This document shows positions 51,771 to 64,000 of a DNA stretch of 64,000 bases, piece after piece. The position numbers and the translations under genes were made by a program. The stretch lies in assembly GCF_002854065.1 (NCBI RefSeq), contig NZ_CP024147.1. One strand, 5' to 3'. The notes under the pieces are model-generated. The model had not been told where the DNA came from and did not search any database. It saw only the letters and a program-made list of their open reading frames with translations. How positions within the stretch are numbered: position 1 is the stretch's first letter; each line of letters opens with the position of its first letter. Origin of the DNA: Escherichia coli (GTDB lineage Bacteria > Pseudomonadota > Gammaproteobacteria > Enterobacterales > Enterobacteriaceae).

Positions 51771-52520
51771 ATGTCCTTGCCGTCGATTCCCTCTTTTGTG
51801 TTGTCGGGATTACTGTTGCTTTGCTTGCCGTTTTCTTCATTTGCCAGCGCCACCACATCACATATCTCTTTCAGCTACGCCGCCCGCCAGCGGATGCAAA
51901 ACCGTGCGCGTTTATTAAAACAGTACCAAACCCATCTGAAAAAGCAGGCCAGCTATATTGTGGAAGGCAATGCCGAAAGCAGAAGGGCGCTACGCCAGCA
52001 CAACCGCGAACAGATAAAACAGCATCCAGAATGGTTTCCTGCGCCGCTCAAGGCGAGTGACAGACGCTGGCAGGCGCTGGCGGAAAACAACCACTTTTTA
52101 AGCAGCGACCATCTGCATAACATTACCGAAGTGGCGATTCACCGCCTGGAGCAGCAGCTTGGCAAGCCTTACGTCTGGGGCGGCACGCGGCCTGATAAAG
52201 GCTTTGACTGTAGCGGGTTGGTTTTTTATGCCTACAACAAGATCCTCGAGGCGAAGCTCCCGCGTACGGCTAATGAGATGTATCACTACCATCGGGCAAC
52301 GATTGTGGCGAATAACGACCTGCGCCGGGGAGATTTGCTGTTTTTCCATATCCACAGCCGCGAGATTGCCGACCATATGGGGGTATATCTGGGCGACGGT
52401 CAGTTTATTGAGTCACCGCGCACCGGGGAAACCATTCGGGTAAGTCGGTTAGCTGAACCTTTCTGGCAGGATCATTTTTTAGGCGCGCGCCGGATTTTGA
52501 CGGAGGAGACGATTTTGTAG
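51771..52520 (+). CDS. yafL: NlpC/P60-family peptidase lipoprotein YafL
   Basis: ORF with signal peptide and Cys peptidase motif (DCSGLV); start chosen at MSLPSIPSF. Confidence 0.85.
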   Translation: MSLPSIPSFVLSGLLLLCLPFSSFASATTSHISFSYAARQRMQNRARLLKQYQTHLKKQASYIVEGNAESRRALRQHNREQIKQHPEWFPAPLKASDRRWQALAENNHFLSSDHLHNITEVAIHRLEQQLGKPYVWGGTRPDKGFDCSGLVFYAYNKILEAKLPRTANEMYHYHRATIVANNDLRRGDLLFFHIHSREIADHMGVYLGDGQFIESPRTGETIRVSRLAEPFWQDHFLGARRILTEETIL

Positions 52521-52612
52521 GACGGATAAGGCATTCACGCCGCATCCGGCAGTTGTACGCAGGTGCCTGATGCGACGCTGGCGCGTCTTATCATGCCTAC
52601 AAATCTGTGCGT
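52521..52612. repeat. REP/BIME repeats upstream of rayT
   Basis: ggacggataaggcattcacgccgcatccggca… gcctgatgcgacgctggcgcgtcttatcatgcctacaa. Confidence 0.75.
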
Positions 52613-52695
52613 TTTTGCGAGCCGCTTTCCCGATATAACACAGCGTCATTGTCGGCCTTTCCTTTTCCTCTTACCGTTGAGAAAAAGGAGTCGCT

Positions 52696-53193
52696 ATGTC
52701 GGAATATCGTCGTTATTACATCAAAGGGGGAACATGGTTTTTCACGGTAAATTTACGCAATCGTCGAAGCCATCTTCTGACCTCCCAATTCCAGGCGCTC
52801 CGTAACGCCATTATTAAAGTTAAGCGAGACAGACCTTTTGAAATTAACGCCTGGGTCGTTTTGCCGGAGCATATGCATTGCATATGGACATTACCCGAAA
52901 GCGATGATGATTTTTCCTCCCGCTGGCGGGAGATTAAAAAGCAGTTCACCCATGCTTGCGGATTGAAAAATATCTGGCAACCGCGTTTTTGGGAGCACGC
53001 CATTCGCAATACCACAGATTATCGCCATCATGTTGATTATATTTATATAAATCCAGTGAAACATGGCTGGGTAAAGCAGGTGAGAGATTGGCCATTCTCA
53101 ACGTTCCATCGCGATGTCGCGCGAGGGTTATATCCCATCAATTGGGCGGGAGACATAACGGATTTGAGCGCTGGGGAGCGTATCATTTTATAA
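52696..53193 (+). CDS. rayT: REP-associated tyrosine transposase (IS200/IS605-like HUH)
   Basis: 165-aa ORF; flanked by REP clusters on both sides. Confidence 0.9.
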   Translation: MSEYRRYYIKGGTWFFTVNLRNRRSHLLTSQFQALRNAIIKVKRDRPFEINAWVVLPEHMHCIWTLPESDDDFSSRWREIKKQFTHACGLKNIWQPRFWEHAIRNTTDYRHHVDYIYINPVKHGWVKQVRDWPFSTFHRDVARGLYPINWAGDITDLSAGERIIL

Positions 53194-53199
53194 TTTTGC

Positions 53200-53320
53200 G
53201 CTGGTGCCGGATGTGCTTACGCTTATCCGGCCTACGAATCGTGCTTTAACGGTAGGCCGGATAAGGCGTTCACGCCGCATCCGGCAATTGTGCACCAATG
53301 CCGGATGCGCCCCTTAAAGG
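53200..53320. repeat. REP/BIME repeats downstream of rayT
   Basis: ccggatgtgcttacgcttatccggcctac… ggtaggccggataaggcgttcacgccgcatccggca. Confidence 0.75.
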
Positions 53321-53324
53321 CCAA

Positions 53325-55034
53325 TCAACTCAACGCCCCCATAATCTTCAACTCCAGCTCATCCGGCACTTCGTTATACGACAGCACATGCAGCCCCGGC
53401 GCAAACAACCTTGCATAACGCGCCAGCAAAGGGCGCAGCTGAGGCGGCACCAGCAGCACCGGGTCTTTCCCCGCTGCTTTCATCTGCTCCTTCACCTGCG
53501 GCATCGTGCTCTGGAACTGGTTGAGCATGTTCGGGTCGACCGGCACGCTGTCGAGCATCACTTTACCGCCCTGTTGCGCCTGATTCACCACATTGGTGAG
53601 CAGATTTTCCAGCTCATTATTCAGCGTATACACCGTCAGCTCCTGCTTGCGAACGAACGGATGGGTAATGCTGCGCCGCAGCGCCAGGCGTACATCGGCC
53701 GCCAGCAGAATATGATCTTTAGTCACCGCGCTACTGGCGACCAGCACGGTGGCGATGGTGACGATATCGCGCAGGGAAACGCCTTCGGTCAGTAGTGTGC
53801 GGTACACTTTCAGCAACTGGCTGTAATTCAGCGCCGCGCTTAAGTCTTCTGCCAGGCGCGGTGCCATCGACGACAAACGGTTATGCAACTGTGTGATGTC
53901 GTCATAGTTAAACAAATCAGGAATATAGCTGCGTACAATCTTATTCACATGGGTGGCAATCACGCTGGCGCTGTCGATCACCTGATACCCCATATTCAGC
54001 GCCTTCGCTTTCTGCGCAGGCTGGATCCAGGTCACCGGCATCCCGTACGCCGGGTCGTTCCCCAGCACGCCGTCAATCTCGCCGTAGGTTTCGCTGGAGG
54101 GCAGGGCCATCAGTTTATCCGCCGGAATATCCGCTTCATCAGCCTTAATGCCGTTGATGAAAATAGCGTACTGGCTGGGCTTAAGGCGGAAGTTTTCCCG
54201 AATGCGGATCTCCGGCAGCAGCACGCCGTTGCCGTCGGATATCACCTGTCGCACGCCGCGAATACGCTGGGTGAGCGGGTTGCCCTGGGCTTTGTCCACC
54301 AGCGCCACCAGCTTGTAACCGAGGCTTAAACTGATAGGCTCGATCAGCGGTATCGTTTCCCAACTGACCTGTTGCTCGCTGGTTTCGGTGATGGTGCGGG
54401 TCAGCGTTTCGAGACTTTTCTCCTCCGCCTTCGCTGCCTGCGGGCGTTTGCTCATCCGCCAGCCGGTAAAGCCAAGCAGGGCGCTGAACAGCAAAAACGG
54501 CAGATGCGGCATTCCCGGCACCACCGCCAGCACAAACATAATCCCGGTGGCGGTGTAGAGCACCGACGGGCTTGCCAGCAGCTGGTGGCGCACGTCATGG
54601 GCGATATCGCCGTTGTCGCTGACGCGGGTGACGATAATCGCCGCCGCGGTGGAGAGCAGCAGGGAAGGGATCTGCGCCACCAGCCCGTCGCCGATGGTCA
54701 TCAGCACATATTGCTGGAAGGCAGCATCGGCGCTCAGGTTGTATTTGAAGATCCCGATACAGACACCGCCGATCAGGTTGATCGCCAGAATCATCATCCC
54801 GGCGATGGCGTCCCCGCGCACAAACTTTGATGCCCCGTCCATCGCGCCGTAGAAATCGGCCTCGCTGGCGACATCTTTACGCCGGGTTTGCGCCTGCGCC
54901 TGGTTGATCAACCCGGCGTTAAGGTCGGCGTCAATCGCCATCTGTTTGCCGGGCATCGCGTCCAGGGTAAAGCGGGCAGAAACCTCGGAAATACGCTCGG
55001 CCCCTTTGGTGACGACGATAAAGTTGATTGTCAA
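53325..55034 (-). pseudogene. lfhA: Flag-2 lateral flagellar export protein FlhA homolog, 5'-truncated remnant
   Basis: FlhA-like sequence (…FYGAMDGASKFVRGDAIAG…) lacking the N-terminal region; no ATG start. Confidence 0.85.
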
Positions 55035-55043
55035 CAGCGTCAG

Positions 55044-55794
55044 TCAATCCGAGCGTGAAAGCATTATCGCCGCGCTGCACGGGCAGTCGATTTTTAACGG
55101 TGGCGGGCTGTCGCCGTTAAATAACATCAGCCCGACTCTTCCGCCGAAACCTGCTACCGTGGCGGTGCCGGAAGAGACGGAGAAAAAAGCGCGCGACGTC
55201 AACGAGAAAACGGCGCTGCTGAAGAAGAAATCCGCCACCGAGCTTGGCGAGCTGGCAACCAGTATCAACACCATCGCCCGCGATGCGCATATGGAAGCAA
55301 ATCTGGAGATGGAGATTGTCCCGCAGGGATTACGCGTACTGATTAAAGACGACCAGAACCGCAATATGTTTGAACGCGGCAGCGCGCAGATTATGCCGTT
55401 CTTTAAAACGCTGCTGGTGGAGCTCGCGCCAGTGTTCGACTCGCTCGATAACAAAATTATTATTACCGGGCATACCGATGCGATGGCCTACAAAAACAAT
55501 ATCTACAACAACTGGAACCTTTCGGGTGACCGCGCGCTTTCGGCTCGTCGGGTGCTGGAAGAGGCCGGAATGCCGGAAGATAAAGTGATGCAGGTGAGCG
55601 CGATGGCGGACCAGATGCTGCTGGATGCCAAAAATCCGCAAAGCGCGGGCAATAGGCGTATTGAAATTATGGTGCTGACCAAAAGTGCGTCCGATACGCT
55701 GTATCAATACTTTGGTCAGCATGGGGATAAAGTGGTGCAGCCGCTGGTGCAAAAGCTGGATAAGCAGCAGGTGCTTTCGCAGCGAACGCGCTAA
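55044..55794 (+). pseudogene. lafU: Flag-2 MotB-like stator protein, 5'-truncated remnant
   Basis: OmpA/MotB C-terminal domain ORF without N-terminal TM segment; abuts lfhA remnant. Confidence 0.85.
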
Positions 55795-55831
55795 ATGCTG
55801 AATCTTTACGCATTTCTCAAACCCTGAAATC

Positions 55832-55849
55832 ACTGTATACTTTACCAGT
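55832..55849 (+). promoter_or_regulatory. LexA (SOS) box in dinB promoter
   Basis: CTGTATACTTTACCAG matches the CTGT-N8-ACAG LexA consensus. Confidence 0.85.
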
Positions 55850-55864
55850 GTTGAGAGGTGAGTA

Positions 55865-56920
55865 ATGCGTAAAATCATTCATGTGGATATGGACTGCTTT
55901 TTCGCCGCAGTGGAGATGCGCGACAATCCCGCCCTGCGCGATATCCCTATTGCTATTGGCGGCAGCCGCGAACGTCGGGGGGTGATCAGCACCGCCAATT
56001 ATCCCGCGCGTAAATTTGGCGTACGCAGCGCTATGCCGACAGGGATGGCGCTCAAATTATGCCCACATCTCACCTTGCTTCCGGGGCGCTTTGACGCCTA
56101 CAAAGAAGCCTCAAATCATATCCGTGAAATCTTCTCGCGCTACACCTCTCGCATTGAACCGTCGTCACTGGATGAGGCTTATCTCGATGTCTCCGACAGC
56201 GTCCATTGCCACGGTTCTGCGACCCTCATCGCCCAGGAAATCCGCCAGACGATTTTCAGCGAGCTGCAACTGACGGCGTCTGCGGGCGTGGCACCAGTAA
56301 AGTTTCTCGCCAAAATCGCCTCCGACATGAATAAACCCAACGGCCAGTTTGTGATTACGCCGGCAGAAGTTCCGGCATTTTTACAAACCTTACCACTGGC
56401 AAAAATCCCCGGCGTCGGCAAAGTCTCGGCGGCAAAACTGGAAGCGATGGGGCTGCGGACCTGCGGTGATGTACAAAAGTGTGATCTGGTGACGTTGCTT
56501 AAACGCTTTGGCAAATTTGGCCGTATTTTATGGGAGCGTAGTCAGGGCATTGACGAGCGCGACGTTAACAGCGAACGGTTGCGAAAATCCGTCGGCGTGG
56601 AACGCACGATGGCGGAAGATATTCATCACTGGTCTGAATGTGAAGCGATTATCGAGCGGCTGTATCCGGAACTTGAACGCCGTCTGGCAAAGGTAAAACC
56701 TGATTTACTGATTGCTCGCCAGGGGGTGAAATTAAAGTTCGACGATTTTCAGCAAACCACCCAGGAGCACGTCTGGCCGCGGCTGAATAAAGCTGACTTA
56801 ATCGCCACCGCGCGTAAAACCTGGGATGAACGCCGCGGCGGGCGAGGTGTGCGTCTGGTGGGGCTGCACGTGACGTTGCTTGACCCGCAAATGGAAAGAC
56901 AACTGGTGTTGGGATTATGA
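55865..56920 (+). CDS. dinB: DNA polymerase IV (translesion Y-family polymerase)
   Basis: 351-aa [25 protein letters not shown]…. Confidence 0.95.
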   Translation: MRKIIHVDMDCFFAAVEMRDNPALRDIPIAIGGSRERRGVISTANYPARKFGVRSAMPTGMALKLCPHLTLLPGRFDAYKEASNHIREIFSRYTSRIEPSSLDEAYLDVSDSVHCHGSATLIAQEIRQTIFSELQLTASAGVAPVKFLAKIASDMNKPNGQFVITPAEVPAFLQTLPLAKIPGVGKVSAAKLEAMGLRTCGDVQKCDLVTLLKRFGKFGRILWERSQGIDERDVNSERLRKSVGVERTMAEDIHHWSECEAIIERLYPELERRLAKVKPDLLIARQGVKLKFDDFQQTTQEHVWPRLNKADLIATARKTWDERRGGRGVRLVGLHVTLLDPQMERQLVLGL

Positions 56921-56971
56921 TGTATACTATTATGTCTATTCTGGTGTGCATTATTATGAGGGGATCACTGT

Positions 56972-57265
56972 ATGCATCGAATTCTCGCTGAAAAATCGGT
57001 CAATATCACTGAGTTACGTAAAAACCCAGCTAAATACTTTATTGATCAACCGGTTGCGGTTCTTTCTAATAATCGCCCCGCAGGATATCTCTTAAGTGCC
57101 AGCGCATTCGAAGCGTTAATGGACATGCTTGCTGAACAAGAGGAGAAAAAGCCCATAAAGGCGCGCTTCCGTCCAAGTGCTGCAAGATTAGAGGAAATTA
57201 CACGCCGCGCTGAACAATATCTTAATGATATGACGGATGATGATTTCAATGACTTTAAGGAATAA
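56972..57265 (+). CDS. yafN: antitoxin YafN (Phd/YefM family)
   Basis: 97-aa ORF in dinB operon. Confidence 0.9.
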   Translation: MHRILAEKSVNITELRKNPAKYFIDQPVAVLSNNRPAGYLLSASAFEALMDMLAEQEEKKPIKARFRPSAARLEEITRRAEQYLNDMTDDDFNDFKE

Positions 57266-57267
57266 GG

Positions 57268-57666
57268 ATGCGGGTATTCAAAACAAAACTTATTCGCCTG
57301 CAACTTACAGCAGAGGAACTTGATGCGTTAACGGTGGATTTTATTTCCTATAAGCGTGACGGTGTTTTGCCAGATATATTTGGTCGCGATGCACTCTACG
57401 ACGACTCGTTTACCTGGCCATTAATCAAATTTGAGCGAGTTGCTCATATTCATCTGGCAAATGTGAATAATCCATTTCCGCCACAGTTGCGCCAATTCAG
57501 CAGAACGAATGACGAATCGCATTTGGTATATTGTCAGGGTGCGTTTGATGAGCAAGCATGGTTGCTCATTGCCATTCTGAAACCTGAACCTCATAAACTG
57601 GCTCGAGATAACAACCAAATGCATAAAATTGGGAAAATGGCAGAAGCGTTTCGCATGCGTTTTTGA
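57268..57666 (+). CDS. yafO: ribosome-dependent mRNA interferase toxin YafO
   Basis: 132-aa ORF immediately after yafN. Confidence 0.9.
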   Translation: MRVFKTKLIRLQLTAEELDALTVDFISYKRDGVLPDIFGRDALYDDSFTWPLIKFERVAHIHLANVNNPFPPQLRQFSRTNDESHLVYCQGAFDEQAWLLIAILKPEPHKLARDNNQMHKIGKMAEAFRMRF

Positions 57667-57675
57667 ATTTATATT

Positions 57676-57933
57676 ATGAATAACATACAAATAAGAAACT
57701 ATCAGCCTGGCGATTTTCAGCAACTATGCGCTATTTTCATTAGAGCGGTTATGATGACCGCCAGTCAGCATTATTCACCACAACAAATTGCCGCCTGGGC
57801 GCAGATTGACGAATCTCGCTGGAAGGAGAAACTCGCGAAATCACAAGTGCGGGTTGCAGTCATTAATGCACAACCGGTTGGTTTTATTTCCCGCATTGAA
57901 CATTATATCGATATGTTATTTGTTGACCCTGAA
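57676..57933 (+). pseudogene. yafP: GNAT-family acetyltransferase YafP, 5' part (first 86 codons) interrupted by IS1
   Basis: ORF terminates just inside IS1; remaining 64 codons resume in frame after the element. Confidence 0.88.
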
Positions 57934-57988
57934 GGTGATGCTGCCAACTTACTGATTTAGTGTATGATGGTGTTTTTGAGGTGCTCCA

Positions 57989-58264
57989 GTGGCTTCTGTT
58001 TCTATCAGCTGTCCCTCCTGTTCAGCTACTGACGGGGTGGTGCGTAACGGCAAAAGCACTGCCGGACATCAGCGCTATCTCTGCTCTCACTGCCGTAAAA
58101 CATGGCAACTGCAGTTCACTTACACCGCTTCTCAACCCGGTACGCACCAGAAAATCATTGATATGGCCATGAATGGCGTTGGATGCCGGGCAACTGCCCG
58201 CATTATGGGCGTTGGCCTCAACACGATTTTACGTCACTTAAAAAACTCAGGCCGCAGTCGGTAA
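57989..58264 (+). CDS. insA: IS1 InsA
   Basis: [43 protein letters not shown]…. Confidence 0.92.
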
Positions 58265-58534
58265 CCTCGCGCATACAGCCGGGCAGTGACGTCATCGTCT
58301 GCGCGGAAATGGACGAACAGTGGGGCTATGTCGGGGCTAAATCGCGCCAGCGCTGGCTGTTTTACGCGTATGACAGTCTCCGGAAGACGGTTGTTGCGCA
58401 CGTATTCGGTGAACGCACTATGGCGACGCTGGGGCGTCTTATGAGCCTGCTGTCACCCTTTGACGTGGTGATATGGATGACGGATGGCTGGCCGCTGTAT
58501 GAATCCCGCCTGAAGGGAAAGCTGCACGTAATCA

Positions 58535-59818
<1,284 letters not shown>

Positions 59819-59962
59819 CCACTACATAACCTGAATCTGAGGCAGCACCTGGCACGGCTGGGACGGAAGTCGCTGTCGTTCTCAAAATCGGTGGAGCTGC
59901 ATGACAAAGTCATCGGGCATTATCTGAACATAAAACACTATCAATAAGTTGGAGTCATTACC

Positions 59963-60166
59963 GACCCTGAATACACCCGCCGTGGGGTTGCCAGTGCTTT
60001 GTTAAAACCTTGGATTAAGTCTGAATCCGAACTTACGGTGGACGCCAGCATAACCGCAAAACCCTTTTTTGAACGTTATGGTTTTCAGACAGTTAAGCAG
60101 CAGCGCGTTGAATGCCGGGGAGCGTGGTTTACTAATTTTTCTATGCGATATAAACCGCAACATTAA
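59963..60166 (+). pseudogene. yafP: yafP 3' part (64 codons) downstream of IS1
   Basis: Frame continues from 57933 once IS1 and one copy of the 9-bp duplication are removed. Confidence 0.85.
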
Positions 60167-60380
60167 ATCCAGCTTGCAAGGAAAATAACGCCCGCCTGGT
60201 ATGTGCGCGTTTTCTTATTCCACAAACTGCAAGGAGGTAAATCATGACAAATCCTTTATCAATGACTCTTTGCAGACCTTTCCAGGATTAATTCTTTTTT
60301 TCTTGCCCTGGATTCGTCTGCCATTTCCTGATTTTTATATTTATATACTCTAAATAATTCGAGTTGCAGGAAGGCGACAA

Positions 60381-60412
60381 GCGAGTGAATCCCCAGTCAC
60401 TTACATAAGTAA
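60381..60412. repeat. perfect 14-bp-arm palindrome ccccagtcactta-cat-aagtaagtgactgggg
   Basis: Read directly; lies about 60 bp upstream of the ykfJ'-prfH ORF. Confidence 0.8.
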
Positions 60413-60471
60413 GTGACTGGGGTGAACGAACGCAGTCGCAGTTCATGCAACTTGAAGTATGACGAGTATAA

Positions 60472-61020
60472 ATGGAATGGTACATGGGCAAATATATTCG
60501 TCCCTTATCCGATGCGGTATTTACCATCGCATCTGATGACCTGTGGATCGAGAGTTTAGCGATCCAACAATTACACACCACGGCAAATTTACCCAACATG
60601 CAGCGCGTAGTGGGGATGCCAGATTTACACACCCCGGACGCGGCTACCCGATTGGCGCAGCGTTCTTCTCTGTTGGTCGTTTTTACCCGGCAAGACGTCG
60701 CGGTAACGGTGCTGGAAACCGAAGCCGGGCGTTATCCTGACACGCTGCGTTCGTCGGGGCCGGGCGGTCAACATGTCAATAAAACCGACTCGGCGGTACG
60801 CGCCACGCATCTGGCATCCGGTATTAGCGTGAAGGTTCAGTCAGAGCGCAGCCAGCATGCTAACAAACGGCTGGCGCGATTGCTGATTGCCTGGAAGCTG
60901 GGGCAGCAGCAACAGGAAAATAGCGCGGCGCTGAAATCGCAGCGGCGAATGTTCCATCACCAGATTGAACGTGGCAACCCGCGACGGACATTTACAGGGA
61001 TGGCTTTTATCGAAGGATAA
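60472..61020 (+). pseudogene. prfH: fusion remnant: RtcB-like N-terminus (ykfJ) joined to release-factor homolog PrfH
   Basis: N-terminal …[11 protein letters not shown]… is an RtcB-type motif; C-terminal part has the release-factor motif [16 protein letters not shown]. Confidence 0.75.
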
Positions 61021-61076
61021 TGAAGGATGAAACTGCCGGAAGGTGATTGAACGCCATCCGGCAGCAAATCAAATAA

Positions 61077-62534
61077 TTACTTCGTCGGAATTTCTTTCAG
61101 CAGTTCAGTCAGCAGTGTCCAGTAATGACCTACGCTTTCGATGTGAACTTGCTCATCCGGAGAGTGTGGACCGGTGATAGTTGGCCCGATAGAAACCATG
61201 TCCATTTCCGGATACGGTTTTTTGAACAGACCACATTCCAGGCCCGCGTGGATAATCTGGATGTTCGGCGTCTTGTTGAACAGGCGCTGATAGGTTTCAC
61301 GTACCAGATGCATCACCGGAGAATTAGCGTCCGGCTGCCAGCCAGGATATGCGCCTTTCGCTTCGGTTTTCGCGCCAGCCAGTTTACCCAGCGAATCCAG
61401 CATGCTCACCACGTAGTCTTTACCGCTGTCGATCAGAGAACGGATCAGGCAGTGAATTTCTACGTTATTGTCAGTCATGGTCACCACACCGACGTTCAGG
61501 GAGGTTTCGACCACACCTTTTGCCACGTCGGAATTGCGGATCACACCGTTCGGGGTGGCGTTCAGCAGACGAATAAAGGTATCGCGAGATTTCGCAATCA
61601 GGGCAGCTTTATCGTTCGCTACAGAGTCCAGCAACAAGGCCAGATTTTTCTCTTTCTCTGCCAGCTCGTTTTTCAGGATCTCCTGATAGGTATTCACCAG
61701 AGATTTCAGGGCGTCGACTTTATCAGCTGCGACAGCAATGGTCGCAAAGGCTTCACGCGGGATGGCGTTACGCAGTGTGCCGCCGTTGAAATCAATAAGA
61801 CGCAGATCCAGTTCTTCTGCATGACCCGCCAGGAAGCGCACCAGCAGTTTGTTGGCATTACCCAGGCCAACGTGGATTTCACCGCCGGAGTGACCGCCTT
61901 TCAGACCTTTTAAGGTTAACTTGAAGGTTTCAAAACCAGCTGGAACCGCTTCACGATCTAAATGCAGGTTGGAGGTGAAGTCGATACCCCCCGCGCAACC
62001 CATGTAGATTTCACCTTCTTCTTCGGAGTCGGTGTTAATCAGAATATCAGCCTGCAACCAGTTGCTCTGTAAGCCAAAAGCACCGTCCATACCGGCTTCT
62101 TCGGTCATGGTTAGCAGCACTTCCAGCGGACCGTGAACCACGTTTTCGTCAGCCAGAACCGCCAGTGCAGAGGCCATACCAATGCCGTTATCCGCACCCA
62201 GCGTGGTGCCGCGCGCTTTAACCCATTCGCCATCAATATAAGGCTGGATAGGATCTTTCGTGAAGTCATGCACGGTGTCGTTATTTTTCTGCGGCACCAT
62301 ATCGAGGTGGGCCTGCAAGACGACCGGTTTACGATTTTCCATACCTGCTGTAGCAGGTTTACGAATCAGGATATTACCTACCTGATCGCGTTCGACATGG
62401 AAACCTTTCTCTTTTGCCCAACCAACAATGTATTCAGCGAGTTGCTCTTCATGATAGGACGGGTGAGGAATAGAACAGATTTTGGCAAAAATATCCCACA
62501 GCGGCTGTGGAGATAATTGAGACAGTTCAGACAC
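61077..62534 (-). CDS. pepD: cytosol nonspecific dipeptidase (aminoacyl-histidine dipeptidase)
   Basis: 485-aa M20-family ORF MSELSQLSPQPLWDIFAKICSIPHPSYHEE…. Confidence 0.95.
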   Translation of the reverse strand: MSELSQLSPQPLWDIFAKICSIPHPSYHEEQLAEYIVGWAKEKGFHVERDQVGNILIRKPATAGMENRKPVVLQAHLDMVPQKNNDTVHDFTKDPIQPYIDGEWVKARGTTLGADNGIGMASALAVLADENVVHGPLEVLLTMTEEAGMDGAFGLQSNWLQADILINTDSEEEGEIYMGCAGGIDFTSNLHLDREAVPAGFETFKLTLKGLKGGHSGGEIHVGLGNANKLLVRFLAGHAEELDLRLIDFNGGTLRNAIPREAFATIAVAADKVDALKSLVNTYQEILKNELAEKEKNLALLLDSVANDKAALIAKSRDTFIRLLNATPNGVIRNSDVAKGVVETSLNVGVVTMTDNNVEIHCLIRSLIDSGKDYVVSMLDSLGKLAGAKTEAKGAYPGWQPDANSPVMHLVRETYQRLFNKTPNIQIIHAGLECGLFKKPYPEMDMVSIGPTITGPHSPDEQVHIESVGHYWTLLTELLKEIPTK

Positions 62535-62794
62535 GTTAAGTCTCCTTGTCGATCACCCGCAAAACAGTATTGCAGGTCACAGGGTTAGCAGAAAATGTTG
62601 TCAACACAAGACAGGCTTGCGAGATATGTTTGAGAATACCACTTTATCCCGCGTCAGGGAGAGGCAGTGCGTAAAAAGACGCGGACTCATGTGAAATACT
62701 GGTTTTTAGTGCGCCAGATCTCTATAATCTCGCGCAACCTATTTTCCCCTCGAACACTTTTTAAGCCGTAGATAAACAGGCTGGGACACTTCAC

Positions 62795-63253
62795 ATGAGC
62801 GAAAAATACATCGTCACCTGGGACATGTTGCAGATCCATGCACGTAAACTCGCAAGCCGACTGATGCCTTCTGAACAATGGAAAGGCATTATTGCCGTAA
62901 GCCGTGGCGGTCTGGTACCGGGTGCGTTACTGGCGCGTGAACTGGGTATTCGTCATGTCGATACCGTTTGTATTTCCAGCTACGATCACGACAACCAGCG
63001 CGAGCTTAAAGTGCTGAAACGCGCAGAAGGCGATGGCGAAGGCTTCATCGTTATTGATGACCTGGTGGATACCGGTGGTACTGCGGTTGCGATTCGTGAA
63101 ATGTATCCAAAAGCGCACTTTGTCACCATCTTTGCAAAACCGGCTGGTCGTCCGCTGGTTGATGATTATGTTGTTGATATCCCGCAAGATACCTGGATCG
63201 AACAGCCGTGGGATATGGGCGTCGTATTCGTCCCGCCAATCTCCGGTCGCTAA
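62795..63253 (+). CDS. gpt: xanthine-guanine phosphoribosyltransferase
   Basis: 152-aa [23 protein letters not shown]… PRPP-binding motif [11 protein letters not shown]. Confidence 0.96.
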
Positions 63254-63344
63254 TCTTTTCAACGCCTGGCACTGCCGGGCGTTGTTCTTTTTAACTTCAG
63301 GCGAGTTACAATAGTTTCCAGTAAGTATTCTGGAGGCTGCATCC

Positions 63345-64000
63345 ATGACACAGGCAAACCTGAGCGAAACCCTGTTCAAACCCCGCTTTAAACATCCTGA
63401 AACCTCGACGCTAGTCCGCCGCTTTAATCACGGCGCACAACCGTCTGTGCAGTCGGCCCTTGATGGTAAAACCATCCCTCACTGGTATCGCATGATTAAC
63501 CGTCTGATGTGGATCTGGCGCGGCATTGACCCACGCGAAATCCTCGACGTCCAGGCACGTATTGTGATGAGCGATGCCGAACGTACCGACGATGATTTAT
63601 ACGATACGGTGATTGGCTACCGTGGCGGCAACTGGATTTATGAGTGGGCCACCCAGGCGATGGTGTGGCAACAAAAAGCCTGTGCGGAAGAAGATCCGCA
63701 ACTCAGTGGTCGTCACTGGCTGCATGCGGCTACGTTGTACAACATTGCCGCCTATCCTCATCTGAAAGGAGATGACCTGGCCGAGCAAGCGCAGGCTTTG
63801 TCAAACCGCGCCTATGAAGAGGCCGCTCAGCGTCTACCGGGCACGATGCGGCAGATGGAGTTTACCGTACCCGGCGGTGCGCCCATCACCGGCTTTTTGC
63901 ATATGCCGAAAGGCGATGGCCCGTTCCCGACGGTATTAATGTGTGGTGGTCTGGATGCGATGCAGACGGACTATTACAGCCTGTATGAACGTTATTTTGC
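63345..64000 (+). CDS. frsA: esterase FrsA, 5' portion (runs off window end)
   Basis: ATG at 63345 with RBS ggaggc upstream; [23 protein letters not shown]…. Confidence 0.9.
   Translation, partial: MTQANLSETLFKPRFKHPETSTLVRRFNHGAQPSVQSALDGKTIPHWYRMINRLMWIWRGIDPREILDVQARIVMSDAERTDDDLYDTVIGYRGGNWIYEWATQAMVWQQKACAEEDPQLSGRHWLHAATLYNIAAYPHLKGDDLAEQAQALSNRAYEEAAQRLPGTMRQMEFTVPGGAPITGFLHMPKGDGPFPTVLMCGGLDAMQTDYYSLYERYF

Noticed and set aside
54904-55043. N-terminal 46 codons of the lafU track ORF overlapping lfhA
   Set aside because: Open frame without a stop running through the deletion junction; MotB-like sequence begins only after about 55044.

Overview
This window is Escherichia coli chromosome from the accA–dnaQ–aspV–dinB–gpt region (gene order matches K-12 min 4.5–5.5), recognised from translated ORFs and rRNA/tRNA sequence. 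The conserved backbone includes accA', ldcC, tilS, proS, metNIQ, gmhB, a complete rrnH operon, dnaQ and tRNA-Asp aspV on the left, and yafV through dinB, pepD, gpt and frsA' on the right. Inserted at aspV (about 28.46–44.47 kb) is a decayed type VI secretion (T6SS)/Rhs island. It carries a minus-strand tssA-like/tssG/tssF/tssE/tagJ/tagH block with no tssB/C/K/L/M/J, hcp or vgrG, an IS2 with a 5-bp target duplication, and a start-less clpV fragment fused in frame to an rhs core. Downstream are an Rhs C-terminal toxin with an overlapping immunity gene, AT-rich degenerate orphan cassettes, a second orphan Rhs toxin tip with its own immunity gene, and a symE-like gene. The island is the most likely place for uncharacterised toxin/immunity biology, but I see a degraded known system rather than a clearly new one. 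Other departures from K-12 are a +1 frameshift in dkgB, an in-frame amber codon in tagJ, IS1 inserted in yafP with an IS911-like element nested inside it, and a second identical IS911-like copy in the island. All calls rest on reading the sequence and recalled protein families; no database search was run.
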